A DNA stretch of 64,000 nt from a bacterium. GTDB taxonomy: Bacteria > Patescibacteriota > Minisyncoccia > Phycocordibacterales > SBAW01. Under the pieces are notes generated by a model that saw only the letters and a program-made list of their open reading frames with translations, had not been told where the DNA came from and made no database searches. The DNA lies in the NCBI GenBank assembly GCA_037139975.1, contig JBAXFJ010000002.1, positions 24,373 to 88,372 on the forward strand. Direction: 5' to 3'. The translations under genes and the position numbers were made by a program. Numbering within the stretch: the stretch's first letter is position 1; each line of letters begins with the position of its first letter. This document shows positions 38,178-47,818 of this stretch, in pieces.

Positions 38178-39050
38178 TTATTCAAATTTGAACCGCTCGG
38201 CATATTTAAGCAATTTTTGCCACACAAACAGGTTGAGTAACGAGATTGCTGCCACCATCACAACGATGGCGACAAGGAACGTATGCTGCTCGCCCAGCGC
38301 TGATGCGTTAACCAAGACACTACCGATGCCGAAAAGGTCTGATGAAGCGCCTGCGCCGGGCAACCCTGCTGAAGCGGGTGGTAAACCCGTCGTGGTGACT
38401 GGCAGGTATGTATGCAAAACTTCTGCCACGATGACGATGTTCCAGCCTGATGCCCACGCCAACAGCGAGCCAGTGACCAGGTAGGGAACCGACGCGGGGA
38501 GGAGGATTTTTTGAATATATGAAAAGCCAGAGAGGCCAAAGATTTTTCCCGCGTCCTTGATGTCTTCAGGAATGGAGTGGAGTCCGCCCACGAGCGAAAA
38601 GACAATGCTCCACAACATAGTGATGAAAAGGATGAAAATCGCAGCTAATTCATAGAGGCCGTAGTGCACAAAAAAGATTGCAATAATAGGGAAAAAGGCC
38701 AAAACAGGGAGTGACTGCATGATGTCAAAAAAGGGCAAAAGCACTCGTTCGGCCATTTTGTTATGGGTGACTGCAAGTGCCAGTGGGAGCGCCACGGCAA
38801 GTGCGAGCAGGTATGAAGCAACAAGGCGCAGCAACGTTGCCCCAAGTGCTGCGAATACAACACCCACGCTCAGTTGGTTTGGGTTATGTGCGTGTGTGGT
38901 GCCAAACCACTGCACGAGCACAAACACGGCTGCCAGCGTAAGCAGGGGCAGCAGCAACAGCCTGTAGACACGCTGCGACAGCGACGTTGGATAGCTGATG
39001 CGCATATGGTGTGCCTGTCGACTGACGTGGTGCTGAGTGCTCATGTTCAT
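38178..39050 (-). CDS. ABC transporter permease (binding-protein-dependent inner-membrane component)
   Basis: 290 aa with 6-7 TM helices and an EAA-like loop region (IPEDIKDAGKIFGLSGFSYIQKILLP). Confidence 0.7.
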   Translation of the reverse strand: MNMSTQHHVSRQAHHMRISYPTSLSQRVYRLLLLPLLTLAAVFVLVQWFGTTHAHNPNQLSVGVVFAALGATLLRLVASYLLALAVALPLALAVTHNKMAERVLLPFFDIMQSLPVLAFFPIIAIFFVHYGLYELAAIFILFITMLWSIVFSLVGGLHSIPEDIKDAGKIFGLSGFSYIQKILLPASVPYLVTGSLLAWASGWNIVIVAEVLHTYLPVTTTGLPPASAGLPGAGASSDLFGIGSVLVNASALGEQHTFLVAIVVMVAAISLLNLFVWQKLLKYAERFKFE

Positions 39051-39089
39051 GTATCAGTATACCAGGGAGTATGATAAAATCTGTATACG

Positions 39090-40838
39090 ATGTCATTATC
39101 TTTGTCTTTAAAAGAAGAATTACAAAAAACAGTACAAGGCGAAGTGAACGACACGCCCGCGCTGCTCGAGCAGTTTAGTCATGACGCGAGTTTGTACATG
39201 ATCTGGCCAGAGGTGGTGGTGCGGCCTAAGGACGCAGAAGACGTGTGTCGCGTGGTGCGTCTGGTGAATGAGCAGATCAAGGCGCGAGGAGATACCTCTC
39301 AAAGCCGAGGACTCACCTCTCGCCCCAAACCACTCTCGATTGTTGCGCGTTCGGCTGGTACCGACATGTCGGGTGGGCCGCTGGGCAACTCGATCGTATT
39401 GGATATGACGGCCCATTTTAGCCATATTTTAAGCGTTGATTCTGACCCACATGCCCCGGGCGAAGATGCCCTTGCTGGGTTGGCGTGGGTGGAACCGGGC
39501 GTATACTTTCGCGATTTTGATAAAAAAACACAGGAAAAAACCCTAGAATTGCCCAGTTACACCGCCAGCCGCGAGCTCAACACGGTGGGTGGCATGGTTG
39601 CCAACAATTCGGGCGGTGAGAAAAACTTGAACTATGGCAAAACAGCGCGCTATGTTGAAGAGCTCGAAATGGTTCTCTCTGACGGGCAGGTGCACACGTT
39701 CAAGAATCTAAGTGGCGATGAACTCAAAAATAAATTAGAAGAAGCGGGTTTTGAAGGTGACCTTTATCGTAAAGTTTCTGCGCTTCTTAAAAATCACACA
39801 CAGATAATCGAGGAGCATAAGCCAAAAGTAGAAAAAAATTCTAGCGGGTACGCCTTGTGGGACATGGGCGATGGGGTAGAGTCGCTCAATCTTGCGCGGC
39901 TAATGGTAGGCGCACAAGGGACACTTGGCATCATCACCAAAATCAAATTTAAACTTTTGCGTCCCAAGCCATACAGCGCGATGGTGGTGATGTTTTTGAG
40001 CAATTTGTCCGAACTGGGCGAGTTGGTGCCGCAAGTTTTGATGAGTAAACCTGACAGTTTCGAGTCATATGATGACAATACGTTTAAGCTTGCGGCCAAG
40101 TATTGGCCCGAGTTTGCGGTGCAGATGAAGGCCGGCATTTTCTCGCTCGGCCTCTCGTTCTTGCCCGAAGTGTGGATGATGCTCACGGGCGGTATGCCCA
40201 AACTCGTGCTGCTTGCTGAGTTTTGTGCCGACTCGCAAGAGGAGGCGCTCAAAAAAGCTTTTGATTTAGCGGATGAAATTGAAGAGACCCAGCCGCATAT
40301 TAGGGTGCGGGTTGCAGAAAGTAAGGAGGCAGCAAAAAAGTATTGGGTTATTCGCCGCGAGAGCTTCAGTCTCTTGCGAAAGAAGGTACGCGGAAAGCGT
40401 ACCGCCCCCTTCATCGACGACTTTGTGGTGCCGCCTGCCTGCTTGCCAGAGTTTTTGCCCAAGCTGCAAGAAATTCTCTCGCACTATGACCTGATGTATA
40501 CAGTTGCAGGGCATGTGGGTGACGGCAACTTTCACATCATCCCGCTGGTTGATCCCAAAAGCCTCGAGACCGCGCGCATTATCGACGAGCTTTCACACAA
40601 GGTCTATGATCTCGTGCTGGCCTATAACGGCTCAATTACCGGCGAACACAACGACGGTTTGGTGCGCACGCCCTATGTTGAAAAGATGTTCGGACCTGAG
40701 ATGTACGCGCTGTTTCTTGAGATAAAAAAGATTTTTGATCCGCACAACATCTTCAACCCTGGCAAAAAGGTGGGGCTCACATTTTCAGATGCTCTGTCGC
40801 ACCTCGACTTGCCAAAAGGTAAGCCACCGCAGCTCTAA
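39090..40838 (+). CDS. FAD-linked oxidase (GlcD/D-lactate dehydrogenase-like flavoprotein)
   Basis: N-terminal FAD-binding PCMH-type region (VVVRPKDAEDVCRVVRLVNEQ...ARSAGTDMSGGPLG) and a C-terminal oxidase domain with HVGDGNFH. Confidence 0.75.
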   Translation: MSLSLSLKEELQKTVQGEVNDTPALLEQFSHDASLYMIWPEVVVRPKDAEDVCRVVRLVNEQIKARGDTSQSRGLTSRPKPLSIVARSAGTDMSGGPLGNSIVLDMTAHFSHILSVDSDPHAPGEDALAGLAWVEPGVYFRDFDKKTQEKTLELPSYTASRELNTVGGMVANNSGGEKNLNYGKTARYVEELEMVLSDGQVHTFKNLSGDELKNKLEEAGFEGDLYRKVSALLKNHTQIIEEHKPKVEKNSSGYALWDMGDGVESLNLARLMVGAQGTLGIITKIKFKLLRPKPYSAMVVMFLSNLSELGELVPQVLMSKPDSFESYDDNTFKLAAKYWPEFAVQMKAGIFSLGLSFLPEVWMMLTGGMPKLVLLAEFCADSQEEALKKAFDLADEIEETQPHIRVRVAESKEAAKKYWVIRRESFSLLRKKVRGKRTAPFIDDFVVPPACLPEFLPKLQEILSHYDLMYTVAGHVGDGNFHIIPLVDPKSLETARIIDELSHKVYDLVLAYNGSITGEHNDGLVRTPYVEKMFGPEMYALFLEIKKIFDPHNIFNPGKKVGLTFSDALSHLDLPKGKPPQL

Positions 40839-40840
40839 AT

Positions 40841-41314
40841 TTAGGCAAGGCCGCCAAGCCAATCTTTCAAAATAACAAAAATTGCATACATCCCGTCTCG
40901 GTAGCGGATCTTTTTGCCTTCACCTGTTTTGCGCGGGTGGTAGGAGATGGGTACTTCGACAAATCGGTATCCTCGACGCGCGAGCGTTGTGGTGAAAAGC
41001 AGTTCGGATTCAAAACGGCCAGCCACAAACGCGTCAGACGCGGCGCGTGGAAAGAGTTTGTAGCAGGTCCACACGTCGGTAAGCCTTGTTCTGTATAAAA
41101 CGTTGATGAGCTTGGTGATGACCCACACCCCCGCACGGGGGACAAATGCGCCTGCGCGTTCGCGTGGTCGCAGATTGCGTGAGCCATACACCACCGTGCG
41201 CTCGTCCAAAGTGGTTGCCGCAAGTAAAAGCGGAATTTCCTCAAGGTCATACTCGAGGTCAGCGTCTTGGATGATGCAATAGTCCCCGGTGGCTCGGGCA
41301 AGTCCCTCACGCAC
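40841..41314 (-). pseudogene. family-2 glycosyltransferase lacking its N-terminal ~80 residues (probable pseudogene)
   Basis: Begins inside the conserved GDYCIIQDADLEYD (DxD) segment. The only in-frame start is GTG, and an in-frame TGA lies 14 codons upstream. The Rossmann N-terminus with the first Asp is missing. Confidence 0.5.
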
Positions 41315-41366
41315 CGCGGCGGCAGCGAGTGCTTTTTTGCTCGCGACCAGCCTTTTGCATCAGGGG

Positions 41367-42635
41367 ATGTCGATGACGATGCGACATTGGCTCCCGGTGT
41401 CGTTCATCTTTCTGTTCGTGCTTTACATTCTCACACGCCAAGGCATGCCACAAAATCGCCGGATATTCTATGCTTTTTTGATTGTGGGGGTCGGCATGGG
41501 TGTTTCAACTATCACCTGCATCGCCCTCGTTCCCACAGCGCTGTGGTTCTTTTTTGAGAGCCAGTTGCGCTTGCGGGACGCACTGCACGACAGACTTGTG
41601 TGGCTTGGTGCTGGTTTGTTTGTGGTCTTGAGCGCCATTCCTACACTGCTTTACCCAAACAGCAACAACGCGCTGGTGGGAGCAGTCGCCCTGCACGAAA
41701 AGACCTGGACACACTTTTTCCTTAGCCCAGTCAATATTTTGTTGGTGCAAGCACCCGCCGAGCCGGTCTTGATCGGACTCTTTGTTATCGGTCTAATCTT
41801 TTTGTGGCGAAAAGAAGCAGGAGAAGTTATAGAGAAGAGTAGGGGACATTTCTATTTCTTTAGCGGCTTTTTCTTAATCTACACCCTTCTTTTCTATAGC
41901 CTCACTGAACTTGAACATCGCTTCTCGCTACCGCTAGTGCCGCTCTATGCGCTCGTGGGCGGCTATGCGGTCAGTCACCTAAGCAACCTGATGGGTCGTT
42001 TACACTCTCGGACTGCTCGGATTGTGGGTGGTTTGGGTGTGTTGGTTGTTTTGTGTATTCCACTTGCTGCGTCAATCCAACTCGCCATACTCACAACCGA
42101 AAATGATACGCGGGCATTGGCGCGCGAGTGGGTGCTCCGCTCACTCACGCCGCAGGATAAAATCATCGTCTATGGTGAATATATGCGCCTGCCTACAACA
42201 CAAAACGCAGTCGCCGAGTTGCGTTCGATAGAATCTGGTGCAGTGAGACGAACCGACGAGGCCGACGCCACGCTGCAGCAAGCAGGACTCACTCCATATA
42301 TCCCTCAAGCACTCAACTTGGACACCATTCGCAATAAAGCCTTTTTTGCTTCGCTGCCGCAGTACGCCGCAACACACCACTACACCTATGTGCTCGATGA
42401 CCCAGACTTCTTTGCAACTTCAACAGAGGCAATAGCGCTTCGTGCGCTCACGACCCATGCCGAAGTGGTTGCCACGTGGCAGGGCTTGGGCGATGACTTC
42501 TCGGTCGCACACAGCTCGTTCACTGGCTTTTTCCCCAACCTATTCATCAGTTTTTTCTCTTCTCGCTCCTCCAGCCCTCACCTCGGCCCCACAATTATCC
42601 TCTATCGTCTAACCGAAACCAGGGTGGTAGAATAG
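41367..42635 (+). CDS. polytopic membrane protein with large C-terminal extracytoplasmic domain (possibly GT-C-type glycosyltransferase; speculative)
   Basis: ~8 TM helices followed by a ~200-aa soluble domain. Head-to-head with the GT2 fragment. Confidence 0.4.
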   Translation: MSMTMRHWLPVSFIFLFVLYILTRQGMPQNRRIFYAFLIVGVGMGVSTITCIALVPTALWFFFESQLRLRDALHDRLVWLGAGLFVVLSAIPTLLYPNSNNALVGAVALHEKTWTHFFLSPVNILLVQAPAEPVLIGLFVIGLIFLWRKEAGEVIEKSRGHFYFFSGFFLIYTLLFYSLTELEHRFSLPLVPLYALVGGYAVSHLSNLMGRLHSRTARIVGGLGVLVVLCIPLAASIQLAILTTENDTRALAREWVLRSLTPQDKIIVYGEYMRLPTTQNAVAELRSIESGAVRRTDEADATLQQAGLTPYIPQALNLDTIRNKAFFASLPQYAATHHYTYVLDDPDFFATSTEAIALRALTTHAEVVATWQGLGDDFSVAHSSFTGFFPNLFISFFSSRSSSPHLGPTIILYRLTETRVVE

Positions 42636-42652
42636 TTGGACAAGCTTTTAAT

Positions 42653-43273
42653 ATGATTTATAGAAACAAGTCTGACCTTCTGCGAACGCACATAAAAAGT
42701 AACGATGTTGTTTTGGATATTGGTTTTCTTGGTCAGGGAATTAAAGAAGATGACCAGAAATGGCCGCACTTTATAATTAAAGAGGTTGCCGCAGATGTCT
42801 ACGGAATTGATTTAGGAATTTCACCAGAATACAAGCAAGATCCCCATTACATGGAGGCCAGTGCTGAAAATTTCTCTTTTCCTCTCAAGTTTGACGTTAT
42901 TTTTGCAGGAGATCTTATTGAGCATCTTTCGAATCCGGGACTTTTTTTGAGTTGTTGCAAAGAGCAACTTAAACCCAATGGTAGACTTATTCTTACAACT
43001 CCAAATGTTTTCAACCTTTTCAATTTAACTGAAAAGCTTACAAAGCGAGAGCCTACGGTTAATCCAGACCATACCTTTTATTTTAATAGTAAAACACTGC
43101 TTAAGCTTCTCGAAAAAAATGGGATAAAAGCAAATGAAGTAAGTTTTCTCTATACTCTTGAGTATGAACACAAGGAGAGTTGGAAAAAAAAGTTATTAAA
43201 TGCGATGTACGCATTTCTGGCAATTTTTACAGATAAATTTATTGAGACTCTAGTAATTGTAGCAACTTTATGA
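42653..43273 (+). CDS. class I SAM-dependent methyltransferase (type 11-like)
   Basis: VLDIGFLGQG (motif I), FDVIFAGDLIEHL and NGRLILTTPN. The gene is markedly AT-rich compared with its neighbours. Confidence 0.65.
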   Translation: MIYRNKSDLLRTHIKSNDVVLDIGFLGQGIKEDDQKWPHFIIKEVAADVYGIDLGISPEYKQDPHYMEASAENFSFPLKFDVIFAGDLIEHLSNPGLFLSCCKEQLKPNGRLILTTPNVFNLFNLTEKLTKREPTVNPDHTFYFNSKTLLKLLEKNGIKANEVSFLYTLEYEHKESWKKKLLNAMYAFLAIFTDKFIETLVIVATL

Positions 43274-45030
43274 AAAAACTTTTCACGCTGCTTTTTGGTA
43301 TTGGTTTCTTATTAATCCCAACCGCGTCAGCCTATGCGCTTTCTCCAAGCTTGAGTTCGGGGCTTGTATCGTATTGGAAGTTAGATGAGGTGAGCGGAAA
43401 TGCTGCTGACGCAACAAGCACAAATACGCTCTTAAACAACAACTCTGTTATTTATGTTAGTGGAAAATTCCATAACGCAGCCAGTTTCGATGGACTAAGC
43501 TCTCAATCACTCTCAATTTCAGACACCTCACAGTCTGGACTAAACTTTGCTTCTGGCGCGCCATTTTCATTTGGCTTTTGGATGAAAGCTGCACTTCCAA
43601 CAGATGGTTTTGACAAAGCGGTTTTTTCAAAGATTAATACAGGTGGTGGTTACTCGCTTAGTTTGGAAAATGGCGGTTGGCCACATGCTCGAATAGGCTC
43701 TCTTCTGCTTCAGAATGAAATATCTCCTCAGAGCTCAACATACAGCGATCATATCTATGGCGCGCCTTCAACATTGAACGATAATCTTTGGCACCATGTT
43801 GTAGTAACGTATGATGGTTCGTTGGTAACAATGTACGTTGATGGAACAAAGGTTGTAGATAGGATTGTTGGAGCTATTAGTGGTTCTTCCACGGAAGATT
43901 TTATGTTGGGTTTTGGTGTTGCTAAGGGAGCACACGACTACTTTGATGGACAACTTGACGAAGTGGGAGTGTGGGGGAGGGCGCTGTCGGACAGCGATGT
44001 AACGGATTTGTATAATAGCTACGCAAACACAGCGCCCACGGCGAGTGGGGCGTCACTTTCGACCAACGAGGATACGGGTTTGTCCATTACATTGCCCGGG
44101 TCGGATGTTGACGGTGACACGTTGTCGTTTGCAACGACGAGCAATCCCACACACGGCACATTGAGCACTCTGGTGGGCAGCACGACCATCTACACACCTG
44201 ACGCAAACTATAACGGAACGGATTCTTTTGACTATGTTGTTGGTGATGGCCTCGCAACCACTTCTTCTGCGACGGTGAGCCTAACCATCAATGCGGTGAA
44301 TGATCCGCCAATTCTGGTCCCAATCAGCAGTCAGACAGCAACTTCGGGCGACACAGTTATTTTTACTGCCACATCAACAGATGTTGACGGGGGTGCGCCC
44401 ATCTACAGTATCGCCTCGAGCTCGGTTGGGACTTCGGCGGCAACCATCGACTCCACAACAGGGGCATTCTCGTGGGTGACGACAGGTGTTGCTGCAGGAA
44501 GCTATACTTTTACTATTTCGGTGAGCGATGGCTCGGCAGTTGCGACCACAACAGCAAGTATCGCGATTTTGACTAGCCTCGTGCCTCCTGCCCCTACGCC
44601 CACTCCTCCTGTGTCACCAACTCCTGGGGCAAGTGGTGGAGGGGTTATTGGTGGAGGCTCGCTTTCGGTTGGATATAAAAACGTGGCGAACTTTGTTAAT
44701 TTGAAACCGTCCACAACGAGCGGTCTAGCTGCTATTCAAAAAGCACTTCCTCCAATCGTAGCTCCTCAAACACCGCCCGAATCTCCAGTTGCAACCAAAA
44801 CGTCTGCCGCGCCTGTTGCAATCGCTCCGCCAGTACAAGTATCAAATCCGCAAAGTGAAATTGTTTCAGCAAATTCTCCACAAAACTTGTTGACGAGCAC
44901 AAACAGCAATCAGCTTGCGTCTCCTGTGGCAAGCGGTTTTAACTTTCATGTGCCACTGTGGGTGTGCGGTGTTGGGGCCACTGCAGCCGCGGGTGTTGGC
45001 GCGTGGTGGTGGCTTGGATTGGCGCTTTAA
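43270..45030 (+). CDS. cell-surface protein: signal peptide, LamG/concanavalin-A-like lectin domain, cadherin-like/Ig-like repeats, Pro-rich stalk and C-terminal TM anchor
   Basis: LVSYWKLDEVSGNAADATS...GKFHNAASFDG...WHHVVVTYDGSLVTMYVDG is Laminin_G_3-like. ANTAPTASGASLSTNEDTGLSITLPGSDVDGDTLSF...INAVNDPP is a cadherin-like tandem repeat. The C-terminus LWVCGVGATAAAGVGAWWWLGLAL is a TM anchor. Confidence 0.65.
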   Translation: MKKLFTLLFGIGFLLIPTASAYALSPSLSSGLVSYWKLDEVSGNAADATSTNTLLNNNSVIYVSGKFHNAASFDGLSSQSLSISDTSQSGLNFASGAPFSFGFWMKAALPTDGFDKAVFSKINTGGGYSLSLENGGWPHARIGSLLLQNEISPQSSTYSDHIYGAPSTLNDNLWHHVVVTYDGSLVTMYVDGTKVVDRIVGAISGSSTEDFMLGFGVAKGAHDYFDGQLDEVGVWGRALSDSDVTDLYNSYANTAPTASGASLSTNEDTGLSITLPGSDVDGDTLSFATTSNPTHGTLSTLVGSTTIYTPDANYNGTDSFDYVVGDGLATTSSATVSLTINAVNDPPILVPISSQTATSGDTVIFTATSTDVDGGAPIYSIASSSVGTSAATIDSTTGAFSWVTTGVAAGSYTFTISVSDGSAVATTTASIAILTSLVPPAPTPTPPVSPTPGASGGGVIGGGSLSVGYKNVANFVNLKPSTTSGLAAIQKALPPIVAPQTPPESPVATKTSAAPVAIAPPVQVSNPQSEIVSANSPQNLLTSTNSNQLASPVASGFNFHVPLWVCGVGATAAAGVGAWWWLGLAL

Positions 45031-45033
45031 AAA

Positions 45034-45498
45034 TTACGCAAACAACCCGTCAACCACTTTTTTGACCACGGTGCCGTCGGCGAGGCCTTTGAGGTCTTTC
45101 ATCAGGGCGCCCATGAGTTGGTTTGCTTTTGTTTTGCCTGTTTCATCGAGGGCGATACCCAGCTCGGTTGCTTTTGCTTTTGCGGCTATTAAAACTTCTT
45201 CTTCGGGCATTTGAGCGGGGAGCATTGCTTCGATGATAACGAGTTCGGCTTTTTCGGTCTCGGCTAAATCATTTCGTCCGCCTTTTTCAAATTGCTCGAT
45301 TGAGTCTTTGCGCTGTTTGCTTGCGCGGCGCACCAGCGTCATGATGTCGTCTTCGGGCAACACGTCGGTTGGCTTGCCGCCTTTGGCCACCAGCTCGTTG
45401 GTCACCATGGTCATGAGGCCGCGGATGACCCCTAAACGCACGCTGTCTTTGGCGCGCATCGCGTCTTTCATCATTTCTCGCAAATCATTTTGTGTCAT
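45034..45498 (-). CDS. GatB/YqeY domain protein
   Basis: MTQNDLREMMKDAMRAKDSVRLGVIRGL...IIEAMLPAQMPEEEV is the YqeY pattern. Start moved to the internal Met. Confidence 0.7.
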   Translation of the reverse strand: MTQNDLREMMKDAMRAKDSVRLGVIRGLMTMVTNELVAKGGKPTDVLPEDDIMTLVRRASKQRKDSIEQFEKGGRNDLAETEKAELVIIEAMLPAQMPEEEVLIAAKAKATELGIALDETGKTKANQLMGALMKDLKGLADGTVVKKVVDGLFA

Positions 45499-45535
45499 GA
45501 AAGTATCATAGCCTGGCTTGTGGTAGACTGCAATC

Positions 45536-46654
45536 ATGTTTGAAATTGCCATACTTGTACTTTTGCTCGCAAATTTGGCGTTGGTCGGCTATTTTCTTTT
45601 TATCCGCTCAAATGCGCAACCAACACAAGCAACAGTGCAAGACACCCAGGGGATGCTTCTGCTCCAAAACCAGCTCGCCGAGCTGACCCGCGCAATGGAC
45701 TCCAAATTGGGCGAGGGGACAAGGAATATGTCTGACTTCATGTCCTCTCAGTCAACCCAGATCAGCCAGCAGTCCGACCAGGCCCGTGCGCTCATGGCGA
45801 CCATCACCAAACAGGTGAGTGAACAGCTCATCGAGGTGGTCAAGGGTGTGACCCAAACTCAAGAGTCGACCAAACAAGTGTTCGTCATTGCAGAACAGCT
45901 CTCGAACCTTGAGAAAGTACTCAAAAATCAAAAACAACGCGGCAATTTGGGCGAGGCAAGCCTCGAGCTCGTCATGAGCAACATCCTCCCGCCCGGCGCC
46001 TACCAGATGCAGTATGAGTTCCCGGGTGGCGAGACGGTCGACGCCATCATCCGCACTAAAGAAGGGTTCATTCCGGTTGATGCAAAGTTCCCGCTCGAAA
46101 ACTACACGCGCATCCATGATGAAAAAGACGATGTGCGCCGAGTTGAATTCGAAGAGGCGTTTAAACGCGACCTCAAAAAACGCATCGACGAGACGAGTAA
46201 GTATGTGCGCCCCAAGGACGGCACGCTCCCGTTTGCGTTCATGTACATCCCCGCCGAAGGGATCTACTACGACCTGCTCAACGACGGCATAGGCGCGGTC
46301 AATACGCGCAGCTTGCTTGACTATGCGCAGAATGAGAAGAAAGTGATAATCGTTTCGCCCACAACCTTTGCGGCCTACTTGCAATCAGTACTCTACGGCT
46401 TCAAAGCGTTTAAAATAGAAGAACAAGCAAAAGATATTGCCAAGAATGTCGAGCAGCTCGGCCGGCACCTCAATGCGTATCAGGATTATTACAAAAAGCT
46501 GGGTGCGTCGCTTGCCACAACGGTGAATCATTACAATGCTGGGACGAAAGAGTTAGGCAAAATCGAAAAAGATGTTTTAAAAATAGACGCCTCAGCCGAA
46601 ATAGCCATTGACGTCGCCGTGCTCGACAAGCCACTCTTGGAGGGGAAGGATTAG
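45536..46654 (+). CDS. rmuC: DNA recombination protein RmuC
   Basis: N-terminal TM, a long coiled-coil, and the conserved C-terminal segment PVDAKFPLENY...FMYIPAEGIYYDLL...VSPTTFAAYLQSV. Confidence 0.8.
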   Translation: MFEIAILVLLLANLALVGYFLFIRSNAQPTQATVQDTQGMLLLQNQLAELTRAMDSKLGEGTRNMSDFMSSQSTQISQQSDQARALMATITKQVSEQLIEVVKGVTQTQESTKQVFVIAEQLSNLEKVLKNQKQRGNLGEASLELVMSNILPPGAYQMQYEFPGGETVDAIIRTKEGFIPVDAKFPLENYTRIHDEKDDVRRVEFEEAFKRDLKKRIDETSKYVRPKDGTLPFAFMYIPAEGIYYDLLNDGIGAVNTRSLLDYAQNEKKVIIVSPTTFAAYLQSVLYGFKAFKIEEQAKDIAKNVEQLGRHLNAYQDYYKKLGASLATTVNHYNAGTKELGKIEKDVLKIDASAEIAIDVAVLDKPLLEGKD

Positions 46655-46697
46655 TGTGGTACTCTGTCAGTATTATTTGTTAAAATCGTTTTTCATA

Positions 46698-47306
46698 ATG
46701 AAATTTCAAAAGAATCCGCCTTTGTTCATAGGCATAGGAATCGCTTTTGTAGTGTTGTGTGGGTTGTTGTTTTGGAAATACAGTAATGATTCACTCTACG
46801 CGCTAAAAAGCGGCACGATTGTGGCTGCAAATTGCGGAGACGTTTCTCTCAAAGTCTACTGGGCTTACAAAGATTATCCGGGCATCGATCAAGGACGTGG
46901 GAATGAAAAATTACAATTGCTTTACGAAAAGGGCGACTCAGAACAAATTCTTTTACCTAGCCTAAGTAATCCCGATCTCACCGATCCAGTCATAGGAAGC
47001 GCTGATAGTAATCACTATTCACCACTTCCTTCGGGTGGCAGTGTGCCGGTTACATCTATTACTTCAATCGAAAAGGTTGACCAAGGCTCTGCTGTTATTC
47101 CACTCAACATTTTTGTTGATCCAAAGGTTTCCTCTCAACAAGATTTCAAAGATTTGTCACAGTGCTTGGTTTCTCATAGCGGTGATATAGAAGCAGCTCT
47201 CGGAAAAGCAAAAGATATGATTAAAGGCAATCCTTCAGGAAGCAATCAGTACAAGATTGTTGGACTTGCATATACTAACGAATACGACTTCTTGAACAAG
47301 AAATAA
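46698..47306 (+). CDS. hypothetical signal-anchored protein
   Basis: Start at MKFQKNPPLFIGIGIAFVVLCGLLF (a TM segment). ~200 aa, AT-rich gene. Confidence 0.4.
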   Translation: MKFQKNPPLFIGIGIAFVVLCGLLFWKYSNDSLYALKSGTIVAANCGDVSLKVYWAYKDYPGIDQGRGNEKLQLLYEKGDSEQILLPSLSNPDLTDPVIGSADSNHYSPLPSGGSVPVTSITSIEKVDQGSAVIPLNIFVDPKVSSQQDFKDLSQCLVSHSGDIEAALGKAKDMIKGNPSGSNQYKIVGLAYTNEYDFLNKK

Positions 47307-47346
47307 TTTGCTTTTTTGAGGCTTATTGGGTATAGTCTTTCTACCT

Positions 47347-47736
47347 ATGACAACGAAAGAAACAGCCCCAAAGGCCAAGAAAACTCTTAAAAAAGGCGGG
47401 TTTGCGGTAATCGCAACCGGCGGCAAGCAGTATATTGTTGCAGAAGGCGACTTGCTGAAAATCGAGAAGATAAAGAAGCCAGTTGTTGGCAATGGTCGCC
47501 CCGAGTTCCAGGTGGGCGACCCGGTGGTGTTTGAAAACGTGCTTCTGACCGACAATGGCCAGGATACCACGATCGGCATGCCCTACATCGCCGGCGCCAA
47601 AGTCTCGGCCGAGATCACCAAGATCAACCGCGCAAAGAAAGTGACCGTCATCAAATACAAAGCAAAGAGCAACTATTTTAAAAAGCGCGGCCATCGCCAA
47701 CCTTTCTTTGAGGTAAAAATTACGAAGCTTGCGTAA
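47347..47736 (+). CDS. rplU: 50S ribosomal protein L21
   Basis: FAVIATGGKQYIVAEGDLLKIEKI matches the L21 N-terminus (AVI.TGGKQY.V.EGD). A short basic N-terminal extension precedes it. Confidence 0.85.
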   Translation: MTTKETAPKAKKTLKKGGFAVIATGGKQYIVAEGDLLKIEKIKKPVVGNGRPEFQVGDPVVFENVLLTDNGQDTTIGMPYIAGAKVSAEITKINRAKKVTVIKYKAKSNYFKKRGHRQPFFEVKITKLA

Positions 47737-47818
47737 GGGTTCGCAAAAAGCTTCTTTCACAAAGGTCCTCGGATCTCCTCGCTACGCTCGGCCAGACCGT
47801 TTGCTCAAGAACTTTTTG

